64,000 nucleotides of DNA from Eledone cirrhosa (GCA_964016885.1 OZ024742.1:62310001-62374000), one strand, 5' to 3'; positions 13,915 through 27,218 are shown, counted from the first letter of the stretch. Made by a program: numbers and translations. Notes: generated from the letters alone by a model not told the origin.

Positions 13915-14360
13915 CTCGTGTACATTTGGACTTACAATCAGCCTTAAGAAGACCAAAGTAATGTTTACTCCTGCACCTGGAGAGCCATATACTGAACCCA
14001 ATATCATGGTTGATGGAACCATGTTTGAAGTAGATATATTTGTCTACTTGGGTAGCACACTGTCAAATGATGGCTTATTGGATGCTGAAATACATCTCTG
14101 CATCCAGAAGGCCTCTGTTGCTTTCGGAAAATTGGAAAAGAGAGTTTGGGCAAATCACAACATTCCCAACAGTACGAAGGTGTGTGTGTATAGATCATGT
14201 GTTCTGTCTATTCTTTTATACTGCTCCGAAACCTGGACGCTATTCCGTAAACACATCAAATTGCTTTAGCGCTTTCATGAGCTCCACCTTGGAAAAAGGC
14301 CTCAAATCACACCAAATATGAGGTACAAAGACAACATCAAGAACAGCATCAAAGAGCTGG
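13915..14360 (+). mobile_element. RTE (BovB-like) LINE RT fragment
   Basis: FGLTISLKKTKVM..FVYLGSTLS..IQKASVAFGKL..LLYCSETW. Confidence 0.85.
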
Positions 14361-14820
14361 CATTTGATTTCGATAAACTTTCTCTTTGCAACGACATCCT
14401 GACATTTCCAAAATGAAGCTACCGGAATTCTCCGTGGCTTGGCTTCTTACTTCAGCCACCTGACCGTGTCTAAATTTACAGCATCTTAATTTGTTTTATT
14501 TCCTTTCTTAGGACATGTCCGCACAGCTAACTCAACTTCTCATCTTTCTAAATAAATTATATATAAAAAACGTCGTAATGCCTTATGATGATACTTGCCA
14601 TAACATTCCCCTGGACTGCTTCTTCGGTGACTTCTCTGTGATACAATACACAAACAAATACGTACATTCTCAACACACATATATACATATCTATATATAA
14701 TCTAACTAACATCCAAAAATACTTATTTCTATATATATGTGTATGTATGTATGTATGTATGTATGTATGTATGTATGTATGTATGTATGTATGTATGTAT
14801 GTATGTATGTATGTATGTAT

Positions 14821-15200
14821 TCCCTTTGTCCAGCGGAATTCTCATGGACATAAGACGCTCACTACTGGGAATTCTTCTAATTTATTCACAAGAACAATCT
14901 TAACAGCAAATCCTACCCCAGCCTCTCTTCTGGTTCCTTCATCTCTTCCTTTCCAAAAGAATGTATATTCTCCAAAAAATTCTGTAAGATGACCATCTCC
15001 AGCTAACCTCGTCTCAGATAAAGCCACGATGTCAAGATCGTAACGTCGAAGCTCCTTTACAACAAGAGCGGTCCTTCCTTCAGGACGCTCCAAGGAATCC
15101 CTGTCAAGCAGCGTCCGTACGTTCCAGCAGCCAAGACTAAATGCCTTGTTTGGCTCTATTACAATGGCATGATGACGAGCGGGCCCAGGCTGTGATAACC
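14821..15200 (-). mobile_element. RTE LINE apurinic endonuclease N-terminus, inverted relative to the adjacent RT
   Basis: LGCWNVRTLLD..RTALVVKELRRYDLDIVALSETRL..YTFFWKG..GVGFAVK. Confidence 0.88.
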
Positions 15201-15310
15201 TGGGGCCCCTGCCCTTATTGCCAATTATCTTTTTTGTTCCAGAACCTAAATTGCCAATTATCTCTTTTATATTGTTCTGGAACATCATTGAATTGGAAAA
15301 AAAAAAAAAA

Positions 15311-16690
15311 AATGGAGTGAAACAGGGGGATATTCCAGCACTGACCCTGTTTGCCATATACTTTGCAATGGTTTTCTGTATTGCATTCAGGAATTGCGGA
15401 CATGGTGTTTACATCCGATATCGAACCTCAGGCAGCTTATTTAACATCAGGCGCTTTGCTGCAAAGACAAAAGTATTTACATCAATCATAAGAGACCTCT
15501 TGTATGCAGATGATTGTGATCTTGTAGCGCACACAGAGAGCGATATGCAGCACATTTTGAATGCATTTTCTGACGCTTGCACTGCCCTAGGATTGACTGC
15601 CTGTCTCAAGAAAACCGTCGTCATGTACCAACCTGCCCCTGGTAAGCAGTACACTGAACCAAATATCTATGTGTATGGTAAACGACTTGGAGTGGTTGAT
15701 CAGTTTGTCTACCTGGGAAGCACTGTCAATCGATACAGTAACCTTGACAGTGAAATCTCACTTAGGATTAGGAAAGCAAGTGATGGATTAGGAAAGCAAG
15801 TGATGCTTTCGGAAAGCTAGAAAGGCGACTCTGGGGTCAGCGAGACATATGCAGGAGGACAAAGGTAAAGGTGTACAAGGCATGTGTGCTCTCTTGTTTT
15901 TTTATGCCTGCGAGACCTGGGTCACATATCGACACCACCTTAAGCAATTGGAGCGTTTCCATCAGATGTGTCTCAGACGGATCCATGGCGTTCACTGGAG
16001 GGACCACATCAGTGATGTCGAGATTTTGGAAAGCTCTGTGTGACAGTATATAAGCTCTTGTGCTTAAGCAACGACTCCGTTGGAGTGGTCACCTTGCCAG
16101 GATGAAGGATTCTAGAATACCAAAACAACTCTTTTATGGAGAGTTGGTTAAAGGAAAACGACCGCCACATAAACCAAAAAAGAGGTATAAGGATTCTTTT
16201 GAAAGACGCTAACATCTCTGCTGATACATGGGAAAATATTGCTGCTGTCCGTAATAAATGGAGAAAGACTGTATATGAGGGAAAAGTTGCCTTTGAGGCA
16301 TCTCGAATCGCATACGAGAAAGTATAGCGGGATGTGGGGAAGGGCATTGCTGTTGCACTTCCAGACGGCGAGGGTCCTCCTATAGTGCTGACATGCAGCG
16401 TCTGTACGAGACTCTGCCTAAGCAAAGCTGGACTCGAAAGTCATCTTCGCAGTCATAAGATAAGACCAGTAGTTGACTACCAGGCTGCTGTTGGAGATGC
16501 TACTCATCATGCTTGCCAAGCATGTGGTAGAGAATGTAAATCAGCAGGAGGGCTCAAGCGACATGCAAAAGTACATGAACTCCAACCACAGCCGGCTATT
16601 CCCAGTGTATGTTTTGGTTGCCGACTCTGTGCAAACATTTTAGCTCATTGGCTGGGCTAAAAAGCCACATTCGATCGCAGCGCTGTTAGT
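15311..16690 (+). mobile_element. RTE LINE 3' half: RT pseudogene with C-terminal C2H2 zinc fingers
   Basis: GVKQGD..DLLYADDCDLVAH..YLGS with frameshifts, followed by CSVCTRLCLSKAGLESHLRSH and CQACGRECKSAGGLKRHAKVH. Confidence 0.88.
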
Positions 16691-16818
16691 TGGTATCGTG
16701 TGTGTGTGTGTATAGATATGTTTGTGTGTGCGTGTGTGTGTGTATATATATGTATATGTATATTATTATTGTTGTTGTTGTCGTTATTATTATTGTTGTT
16801 ATTATTGTTATTGTTATT

Positions 16819-19330
16819 CCTTGAATCTCAGTCATTGATGTTGGTTAACTGGAAAGTCCGTTGGATTGAATATCAAGCCACTACCTGCAGCCTCAGATAT
16901 TCAGGACGTATCGGAGGGTTCTTGCCGTTCCAAGCAAGCATGCCTTTTGAAGCGTTCCAAAAAGCGTGAAGGGGCCGATTTTCTTTAACCATCCCTGGAA
17001 ACCTTTGGAGATAGTCCCCAGTGCGCCTATGACAATCGGGATCACTTTGACTTCATGGCAGTTCCAAATCCTTTTCACCTCCCACTTTAGGTCCTGGTAT
17101 CGGTTAATTTTCTCCCTCTCCTTCTCTTGCACTCTCGTGTCGAACGGGCAGGCCACATCCACAATCAGGCACGATCTTTTTTCTTTGTCCACAACCACCA
17201 GGTCAGGTCTATTGTGTTCCAGTTTTTTGTCCGTCTGTATCCTAAAATCCCACAGCACCTTCACCTGACTGTTCTCTATCACCGCCTCTGGCCTATGCTC
17301 ATACCATTTCTCAGAATGTGGTAGATTGTTTACTTTGCACAGGTGCCAGTGGATCACCCTGCCCATCACATCGTGTCTCCAGCCCTTATAGTGGGTCTGG
17401 GCTAGGTGTTTACACTCGGACACAATGTGAGCCACAGTCTCCTCTCTCTCTCCACAGATCCTGCACAGTGGGCTAGCCTCCTCCTTGTAGATATGGTGCT
17501 TCAACCACTTCGTTTTGAGGGCCTGCTCCTGCGCAGCCATTAGCATTCCTTCTGTAGCCTTTTTGAGGTCTCCTCTTCTCAACCAGTTCCATGTCTGTGG
17601 ATCTCTAAATTCAGTTTTCTCAAAGAAGGTACTATGAAGGGATTTTCCCTTAAGGCTGCTCTTCCTCCTTGATGTTATTTCCTCCTTGGGTATCCCCTGG
17701 CCTACTGTCCCCTCCTTCAGTACAGCTCTGAGCATTGGCTCCTTACTATAGGTCACGTATTTGTATAGGTTGTTTTTCTCCATCTGAACACAGTCCTCTA
17801 TGCTGATAAGACCTCTTCCACCCTCAGATCTCCTTAGGTAGAGTCTATCGACATCACTCCTCTTGTGGAACATGTTGTAGATAGTCAATAGCTTCCTAGT
17901 CTTCCTATCCATTTCTTTTTGTTCAGCAACATTCCATCTCAGAATTCCCGCACTGTACCTAATAATAGACACAGCTCGGGAATTTACTGCGCTTATGGCA
18001 TTTCTGCTGTTCAGATGTGACTTCAATACGCTCCTTACTCTCCGAATGTATTCAGTTCTTAACAATTCCTTCATTTTTTTGTTCTTTATGCCATCAGCCT
18101 CCAGAACGCCCAAATACTTGTATCCTTCCTCAGAGTCAATTTCCTTTATCATCTCACCTGTTGGTATCTGGATCCCGTTACTTCTGCTCAACCTACCCCT
18201 CCTCATCACAATGACTCCACATTTACCAATACCAAACTGCATACATATATCACTGCTGAAAATACGGACAGTGTCAACAAGCACATCCAACTCCTTCTCA
18301 CTTTTCCCGAAGAGCTTAAGATCGTCCATGAAGAGGAGGTGATTGATGGTAAGCTCTCCCCTTCCCAACTTGTATCCTGCTCTCACTTTTCGCAGCATAA
18401 TGGTCAAGGGCATCAGGGCAAGGACAAACAACAGAGGGGACAGGCTATCTCCCTGGAAGATACCTCTCTTGATCTTCACGCTTCCCAAGGATACTCCAGT
18501 TGATGTCAACTCTGTCTCCCAGGACCCCATACTCCTGCCCAGCAACTGTCTGATGTTATCTGCCACCCTGAAGATCTCCAGGCTTTTGGTGATCCAGGAA
18601 TGAGGCACCATGTCAAATGCCTTTCTGTAGTCTATCCATCCCATGGCAAGATCAGTGTGTCTCCTCCTGCAATTCCCCATTACCATCTTATCAATAAGCA
18701 ACTGGTCCTTTGTACCACGTGACTTCTTTCGGCATCCTTTCTGTTCGTCCGGCAACAAGTTGTTTGTGTGGAGGTGATGGTAGATTTCCTCAGACACAAT
18801 GCTCGTCAACAGTTTCCACATTACGGGCAGACATGTGATAGGTCTATAGTTGGCAACATCATTACCCTTGATTCGGTCTTTCATTATCAGAACTGTGGTA
18901 CCTTTTGTCAACCACTCTGGCACCTCACCCGACACCAAGCAGTCATTGAACATGGCCGTCAGCTTCGGGTGGAGGGATGTTAAATGTTTAATCCAATACG
19001 CCTGCACACCATCTGGGCCTGGTGATTTCCAGTTGGTTAGTTTTTTGGCTTGCCCCTTAAGAGTTTCGACTGTGATACTCAAATCAGTCTGTTGCTGTGC
19101 CTGCTCACCGATCTCCCTCTGTACTGTCTCAATCCACCCTGCCTGGGCATTGTGTCTAACATCCTGCTCCCATATTCCTTTCCAGAATGTTTTAGCTTGT
19201 TCCGCCCCAGGGAGCAAGTCGTTGCCTCTTTCTTTCCCCTCAAGCTGTCCAAACAGCATCTTCTGGTTGTTGTCGAACATGCGGTTCTGTTTATACTGAC
19301 TGACTCTGTTCTCGTATCGCCTGATTTTTT
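16819..19330 (-). mobile_element. 5'-truncated R4/Dong-clade non-LTR retrotransposon inserted in (TAA)n
   Basis: Uninterrupted RT plus restriction-like endonuclease ORF, ~75-nt 3' UTR, and TTA-type repeats at both ends (16760-16818, 19332-19387). Confidence 0.9.
16893..19280 (-). CDS. Reverse transcriptase with CCHC finger and restriction-like endonuclease (795 aa, N-terminally truncated)
   Basis: SPGPDG, NYRPITCL, IDYRKAFD, GIFQGDSLSP, LFMDDLKL, YKYLG, CRICGEREETVAHIVSEC, RHD, NRPDLVVVD, IVDVACP. The frame stays open upstream to the (TAA)n junction. Confidence 0.92.
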   Translation of the reverse strand: MFDNNQKMLFGQLEGKERGNDLLPGAEQAKTFWKGIWEQDVRHNAQAGWIETVQREIGEQAQQQTDLSITVETLKGQAKKLTNWKSPGPDGVQAYWIKHLTSLHPKLTAMFNDCLVSGEVPEWLTKGTTVLIMKDRIKGNDVANYRPITCLPVMWKLLTSIVSEEIYHHLHTNNLLPDEQKGCRKKSRGTKDQLLIDKMVMGNCRRRHTDLAMGWIDYRKAFDMVPHSWITKSLEIFRVADNIRQLLGRSMGSWETELTSTGVSLGSVKIKRGIFQGDSLSPLLFVLALMPLTIMLRKVRAGYKLGRGELTINHLLFMDDLKLFGKSEKELDVLVDTVRIFSSDICMQFGIGKCGVIVMRRGRLSRSNGIQIPTGEMIKEIDSEEGYKYLGVLEADGIKNKKMKELLRTEYIRRVRSVLKSHLNSRNAISAVNSRAVSIIRYSAGILRWNVAEQKEMDRKTRKLLTIYNMFHKRSDVDRLYLRRSEGGRGLISIEDCVQMEKNNLYKYVTYSKEPMLRAVLKEGTVGQGIPKEEITSRRKSSLKGKSLHSTFFEKTEFRDPQTWNWLRRGDLKKATEGMLMAAQEQALKTKWLKHHIYKEEASPLCRICGEREETVAHIVSECKHLAQTHYKGWRHDVMGRVIHWHLCKVNNLPHSEKWYEHRPEAVIENSQVKVLWDFRIQTDKKLEHNRPDLVVVDKEKRSCLIVDVACPFDTRVQEKEREKINRYQDLKWEVKRIWNCHEVKVIPIVIGALGTISKGFQGWLKKIGPFTLFGTLQKACLLGTARTLRYVLNI

Positions 19331-19332
19331 TA

Positions 19333-19380
<48 letters not shown>

Positions 19381-19394
19381 GTTATTAATGTATA

Positions 19395-19457
<63 letters not shown>

Positions 19458-20770
19458 ATATATATATGTGTATATATCTATATGTAAGTGTGTATATATA
19501 TATATTTCTTTTTTTTATTTTATTTTATTTTTTTATTATTTATTAATATTTTTTTTCTCCTCGTGCAATGGCCATACTCGATAACGAGGGGGCAGCCATC
19601 ATCATGTATGTATGTATATGTACAGCCACCGGAAATAACATCTGTGAAATAAACAACTCTATCTATCTGCTTAGCTAGCTACCTCACCGTGAAACAAACA
19701 ACCCTTATGCCACCAAAATAAAACGTCTACGCAGCGGCTAAACATCAAACGATTATTTTTGTATAAATAGAGTGGTTCCAAACACTTTCACCAATCGACT
19801 TTTGACAGAGTCAGCTCGCGTATCGTTGTTCCTCTCCTCTGCCACGCTTGTCACTCACACACGGCTTGTACCTGTGTATCGTCGCTTCAGGTATGAACAT
19901 AAATAGCTGACCGAAACTACATCTCTCGCCTTGCTCGTCCTTTCAACTTCCTCCTTCGTATGTTCATCCTTACCGTATGTGACAACAGTCCTTTTAAGGG
20001 CTATCCTCAGATCCGATCAGACCGTATGAGATAAAAGTCCTTTTAAGGGCTATTCTCGGATCCGATCAGAAGTAGCGACCAAACCCACTAACCACGTCGT
20101 TACATATGTATGTATGTATGTATGTTGACTTATTCTTCTTTTTGGTAAATATCATCTTGGTTAAGAGAGTGGGACTGGCTTTGTGCTGTGCCTTTGCTCA
20201 CTATAAAAGCTTCACGGCACAGGCATTGCTTTATAACTGGAGATCTCTCTGCACTTGTCGTCACATGGTACAATGGGCCCAGCACTATGTGTCAATAATT
20301 GTCACAAGTGTAGTGTTTGTACCAGAGTTTTCAAGTCGCTGGCTGGATTAGAAAGTCAAACTCGTTCAGCGCATCGGTAGGGGTTCTCCTATATGGTTAT
20401 AAAGTAGTGGCCGTACTCGAAAACGAGTTGGCAGCCCCCATGTATGTATGTATGTATGTATGTATGTATGTATGTATGTATGTATGTATGTATGTATGTA
20501 TGTATGTATGTATGTATGGATGAAAGCGAGTAGATTTGTTGTTAGGCTGTTCAATCATGATCGTAAAGTCACGAGTTCGATTCCAGGAGGTACTCTGTAC
20601 ACTTGAATTGTACATGTTATTGGTTTGCCATTCCTATATTTCTTATAATACCTAATCACTTAAATGGTTCGATAGCTTGTAAAAAAGGTTTGTTTACATC
20701 CAAGCTGTTCGCTAGAGCTGTCATATTTAGACGGAATCTGTGAACATTGTTTCTCTAGCTTCATGGTAAT

Positions 20771-20879
<109 letters not shown>

Positions 20880-21296
20880 TATATATATATATTCGTAGAA
20901 AAATAGGAAGAACTCAACGCAAGGAGGCTGTTAAAACACCAAAATGCCGTCAATGGGAGCTTCGGGTAAAATTTACCTCGATGGAAAAAAATCAGCGGCT
21001 AAAGTGTGTTGGCTCACAGTAGTTATCGGAAGAAAATGGATGAGTGAAGATCACACAAATATTTAAATACACACATCAACTTTCAGACCGACCAGGGTTT
21101 TGAGGATTTCACTAAAACTAGAAGGTAAAATAGACGGCTCGTGTAACAGAGAAATAGATATTTCTGTTGATATGGTGTTTGTGTTAGGAACTAACATATT
21201 AGATAGACAAACAAGTCAGAGAGAGAGAGTGTCGTATGAGGGGAGCGGGAGAGAGAGAGGGGGAGAGAGAGTGACTGAGAGGGAGAGGGAGAGAGC

Positions 21297-21340
<44 letters not shown>

Positions 21341-21749
21341 GAGAGAACGGTTGAAAATATATAGTATTTTCTTAAGTACACATATCGGCTGAGTAGCCTC
21401 ATATGCATACCGACCGAGTTACGGCTGGCCTTGCCGAATATTAAAAATAAAATTAAAATTTTATTTCTCACACTAACTCAATAGACTGGCACAGGTATAC
21501 AGTCCTGATGAAGAGTAATGACCCAGAAACAAGTTGATTGTTCTTCAAAGCCAGTGTTGAACAAACAGGTGACGATCGGTCACTGGCACGGCACAGCTTC
21601 AAATCGGGCCGTTTATTTACAAACGAAGCGAACATTATATTTAATGTTCGATATAACCCATGCGTACATTGAAAAAGCTGAAATATCTGTGTACATGCGT
21701 ATATGCATATGGGCGTGTCTGTGTATATGTGTATGTATATATGTGTGTG

Positions 21750-21816
<67 letters not shown>

Positions 21817-21914
21817 GCTTATCAATATAAATATATGTACGTGTGCATACCTTCATTTATGTTATAGCTGTGCTTCGGCGAGAAATAAAATTCAAATTTT
21901 ATACATATTTTATA

Positions 21915-22437
21915 GTATCTAGAATAAGGACGGGTTGGAAGAAGTTTAGGGAGTTGCTTCCTCTGCTGACAAAGAAGGGTTTCTCCCTGCGTACGAAAGA
22001 CCGGTTATATGATGCTTGTGTGAGGTGCGCGATGCTGCATGGTAGTGAGACATGGGCAGCAACTGCAGAGGATATGCGACGGCTGGGGAGAAATGAGGCA
22101 AGCATGCTTCGTTGGATGTGCAATGACAGTGTACGTGAACGACCGAGCATGGGTGTGTTGAGAGAGAAACTGAAGAAGGATAAGTTGTAGTGTGCGAGAG
22201 AGAAGACTGCGATGGTATGGACATGTGATGCCCATTGAGGCTGACTGCTGGGTAAATAAGTGCCAATAAATGCCAGTTGAAGGAAGACGCAGTAGAGGAG
22301 GACCTCAGATCGCTGAGGTTTAGATGACGAAGGACCGTGACAAGTGGAAAGATGGTGTGCTGAATAGGACCCGTCCCACCCTTGCAAGCAGGGAAATGCG
22401 GACGTAAAATGATGATGTTGATGATGATGATGATGAT
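21915..22437 (+). mobile_element. RTE-like LINE 3' end with (GAT)n tail
   Basis: RIRTGWKKFRELLPLL..LYDACVRCAMLHGSETW..RNEASMLRWMC, ending in ATGATGATG repeats. Confidence 0.8.
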
Positions 22438-22661
22438 ATATATATAAATTTTCATGCATTACATTTTACATTGAAATGCAGAGTTTTTCTCCATAAATTA
22501 TATCACTTATTTAAAATCAATCATCATTTTCTTACAAGAAAAAAAAAAAAAAGTGTGAAACGCAGCAAGACGCGGGTAATTCGTCTAGTATATATATATA
22601 TATATATTTCGTTTCTGAATTTGTTTAGCAAGACTTTTTATCTGGAAACGTGTGTTGAAAC

Positions 22662-23520
22662 CGATATTGTTATACTTTGAGGGGGGGGGGGGGGGTGTCA
22701 CGTTGCCAATAAGAAACACACGCACCAGTTGTTTCACTTCAATTATTATAAATTTCCGGTTGGTTGGTTGGTTCCACAACCGGATGGTTGTTCATATATT
22801 GTCAAAGTTCTTTCGTCACATATTCTGTGACCTCTTCATTGACTAGGGATTCTTTTTTTTTGTTTTGTGCCTCTCCTTTGTTCTGTCCTACGCCATCTTG
22901 TTTCTGTGTGTGTTGTGTGCTTAGTTTGCGCATGTGTTACATCCGGGTGTCTGTGTGTGTTTTTATTTGTTTATTTATTTGTTTATTTACATGTTACTAG
23001 TTGGTTGTTTGTTCTATGTGTGTGTGTTTTCATTTTTCCTTAATTATAAGTTGTGATGTTGGTATTCTATTTAATTTTGGTTGGAGTTCATATTTATTTA
23101 TTGCCTCTGTGATTTGTCTAAACATTGCGTTTTTTCTGTGTGTAGATTCTATTTTAACTCTATGTTCTCTAACTTGCCCTAACGTTCTATTTTAGCATGT
23201 TGGTGGAGTATTGATGAGTCTTTTCTATCTTGGAGTTCTCGCCAGTGTTCATTTAATCGTTCTCCTATGCTACGAGTTGTCTCACCTATGTATATTATGG
23301 CGTATCACAGAACAAATGAGAGGCACAAAATAAAGTAAAGAATCCCTAGTCACTGAAGAGGTCACAGAAGGTGTGACGAAAGAACTTTGACAATATATGA
23401 ACAACTATCCGGTTGTGGAACCAACCAACCAACCAACCGGAAATTTATAATAAATTGAAGTGAAAGCAACTGACCCGTGTGTTTCTTATTGGCAACATGA
23501 GCCTCCCAAAGTATAACCAT
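22662..23520 (-). mobile_element. Penelope-like fragment with inverted pLTRs (~22662-22890 / ~23300-23520) around a GIY-YIG remnant
   Basis: Minus strand reads YIGETTRSIGERLNEHW at ~23240-23292. The flanking arms are reverse complements and both ends abut (TA)-rich DNA. Confidence 0.8.
23349..23391 (+). ncRNA. Minimal type I hammerhead motif (H5); mutated mirror at 22801-22843(-), decayed relative at ~1499-1540
   Basis: GTCA-CTGAAGA-g-GTCACA gaagg TGTGAC-GAAA-GAAC-TT-TGAC. Confidence 0.78.
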
Positions 23521-24321
23521 ATATATACATACATATATATATATTGCTATACTTCCTCTACTACTACTGCCATTGATGTCAACAGCCAGGCAGAGAGTAA
23601 GAGGAGCCCACCGAACTGCTATTTTAGCCGCTACTACCACCACACAACAAAGGATGAAAGAAAGTAAAAGAGATAAACGAAAATGTGAACTTTTTATTGT
23701 CATGCAAACTATGTTCTCTAATATCCTCATCTAATTAATATACACCTTAACTTTATTATATAATTCTCATCAAACGTCCTGTAGCATGAAGGTGTCCAAA
23801 TTTTTATCGACTGTAACGGTACTAAAATTGTTTTTAAAAAAAGTTTTTTTCCGTTTTACTATGGGAAAATTCTATTAGCATTTTCTAATGTTTTCTCATT
23901 TTCCTAATATATATATATAACCCGGCCGATTAACCCACTCGATATGCAAATTGGGCTACTCAGCCGTTAATATGCATAAGGTAAGTATATACGTTCAACA
24001 ATCTGGCAGGAAGGTATACGTTGCTGACGTTAGATAATAGGCTTGAAACTAGTACAGCGTTCCTTTGTCAGTGTTGAACAAACGAGCAACGATGGTTTGT
24101 GGACACTACGGCTTAATACGGGATGTTTGTTTACAAACACACCGAGCATTATAATAAATGTTCAGTGAATCCATACGTACATATATATATGTGTGCATGT
24201 AGTTATATATATATACATACTACTGTACGTCTGTATACATATATGTATGTACGTGTACATACTTATATTTAAGTAACAGCCGCACTAAGAGTGGGAAATG
24301 AAATTTCGTTTCATTTTTCCC

Positions 24322-24362
<41 letters not shown>

Positions 24363-25183
24363 TAAAGTTAGTCCTTCATCAGTGATCTTCCAACCATCAT
24401 TGGTATTTCATCGCTTTAAAGACCATATACCTCCGGTTGGTGCGAGCAACGGCTAAAAAAAGTCGTTGGGACACGTAAATAAAGGGGACACGAGTGTAAA
24501 CAAACAAAAATGGTTAAACAACGAAAAGTGAGGAAGAAGGAGTCAAGTCCCAAATTTCTATGAATTTAAATTCGGTGAAATCGTGAACGAGAGAGAATAA
24601 AGACCATCAAACCTGGTTGAAATGTGAGCAAGGAAGGAATTTCGCACAGGTCTAACGGGAGGAAGAAGGGGTCTAGTCGGTGAATTCGGTAAACATAAGT
24701 TCTGTGAAATCGTAGACGAGAGAGAGAAAAAATGCCGACCGGCCTGGCCAAGCGTGCGAAAGAAAAGAATTACGCACAGGTCAAACGGGAAGAAGGAGGA
24801 GAGGTAGTAACGGAGAATTAGTGAGTGAAGGGTGAGGAAGAGGCTAACAGAGAGAGTGACTGCTAGAGAGGGTAAAGATACAGAGAAAGAGGAAGCAGTA
24901 AGAACGAAAAAGATGGGTAACAGCAGGGGAAAAAATATGTGTAAATATGAGAATAAACGTGCTGCGGGGTTGCTAATGGGTTACATATGAATAAAGTTAG
25001 TCCTTCATCAGTGATCTTCCAACCATCATTGGTATTTCATCGCTTATAAGTATGTATACGTACATACATATATGTATTAGTAGCGGCTAAAATAGCAGTT
25101 CGGTGGGCTCCTGTTACTCTCTGCCTGGCTGTTGACATCAATGGCAGTAGTAGTAGAGGAAGAAGAACAAGAAGAAGAAGAAT

Positions 25184-25233
<50 letters not shown>

Positions 25234-25255
25234 TCAGTAGTAGTAGTAGTAGTAA

Positions 25256-25299
<44 letters not shown>

Positions 25300-25384
25300 A
25301 TAGTAGTAGTAGTAGTAAAGGAGGAAGGAAAAGCAGGAGAAGAAGGCGAAGAGGGTAAGGGTGAGGGAGAGGGAAGAGAGGGAT

Positions 25385-25655
25385 TTTTCTTAAAGTGGTA
25401 TGTCCTACTGATCCGGGATTTTATGATATCTCCTGATTTTTCTACTCCTTTAATCTTAAGGTTCATTTTTTTCTAAAGCTCTTCTAAAACGATACTCTAG
25501 ATCGCCTCTAAGGGTAGCATCGACGATCATGACGCTCTGGTATTTTTGGCTGTCACCCCATGAGTTGGTCTTCCCTCTCTTTTTCTTAGTCCATTTTACG
25601 CTATTCCATGATTTGATCCTGTATAGTGGGCAAATCCTATTCACACCATTCACCA
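25385..25655 (-). mobile_element. Penelope-like ORF remnant
   Basis: YQSVMIVDATLRG..LKIKGVEKSGDIIKSRISRTYHFKK, homologous to 670-830. Confidence 0.7.
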
Positions 25656-27168
25656 TAATAGTTCTAGTTGTTGAAATGGCAATATGTTCCTGTAGAATAT
25701 AATATCCTCTTTCATATTATTCTTTAGCCACATAAAAAATTTGCAAGTTTACGTTTTGACAATATTTTAAATATTTCATCAGCATAATCGTGATATACTC
25801 CTTTAAAACATATCTCTGTAAAATCAATTAAAAGAAGTTGAAAAGTGGTCTTTCCATTGCTGATACTATGTACCAGTCGCAAGTATTGGCAGAAAGTGGA
25901 ATGTGAAATAAAATATTTTGCACAAGGACACAACACATCGCCTGGTCTAGGAATCGAACTCGCGACCTCACGATTGCAAATCCAATGTAAATATGTGGGG
26001 TTCACAATAAAAATTCAATAATATATGCATTACTATGTAAGGTATGAGGAAATAAATTGTAGTTACGTTATATAGCTGGAGCATATGTAATCGAAAAATC
26101 AAAATAGTTTTCTAAAGAAGAAACATTAAACAATAAATGTTACCAGATTATATCAATAATGATATAACAATGGTTATATTGCTAGATATTATGACAGCCG
26201 ATATATTGTTTATGTATATTGTTATATATAAATTAATCAATATCTTAACTTTAGTCCAATGTTTATAGAAACGGCAGGTTTCTATTGAAAAATCATGCTA
26301 GTCTTGTGTGTTCTGTTTTGTACAAAGTGCTACTTTGTCAGTGTTGTACAGATCTGCTTAATTCTTTCCCGAAGATATAAACAGTTTATGGTATGTAGTT
26401 TTACATCATCTCTTATGTACCTCTGTTTCTCAACATTTTGGTCTTTATTTTGTCACTCTCTGTCTCTGAATATTTCATATGTGGTTTTCTGGCTAGTGTT
26501 GTAAAATGGAAAAACGATAGATTCCTCTGTAACATTAGCTAGTTAATGTTTTATGTATCCTTAATATGAATTTGGTATTAAACTGTCAGGGGATTATTAG
26601 TTCAGACTTTTAATTAAATGAGATAGAATATATGATGTAATGCAATCATATTTCTTAGAGGCTATTATGAAATGTCTGGTTAAATGGCTTATATATATAT
26701 TTCCTTCACATCTTTTCAATAAATAGTGAGTGTAAGGTACTGTGTTTAATGAATCAGTGCAAGAATGAGATGATATATTTATGAAATCCAGTTATAAACA
26801 AATACGACATACGATTATGTAGCTGCTTTTAGCTTTATTATTTGTAGTATTACCACAGATAAAAACATAGTATAAAATACAAACACATATCAACACATAT
26901 ATACATACATATATATATACATATATATACACACACATACATACGCATCAACACCCATATATATATATACACACAGAAACACATATATATAGATATATAT
27001 ACATACATATACACACACATATACGTACACATACATACACATATATACACCCATACATACATATACACCCATATATACACACATACACACACATTTTATA
27101 TATAATTTATACACATATATACACATACCATATATACATATATACTACATATATGCACACATACATAT

Positions 27169-27214
<46 letters not shown>

Positions 27215-27218
27215 GTGC

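Noticed and set aside
16966-19388. Several plus-strand ORFs of 65-149 aa
   Set aside because: Antisense shadows of the R4/Dong ORF.
20523-20600. tRNA-like box B (GAGTTCGATTCC), also at ~25915-25985(-)
   Set aside because: No cloverleaf. These are SINE heads and not tRNA genes.
24357-25045. Minus-strand CTGATGA in a ~60-bp direct repeat pair
   Set aside because: Truncated before any GAAA or stem III, so it cannot be called a ribozyme.
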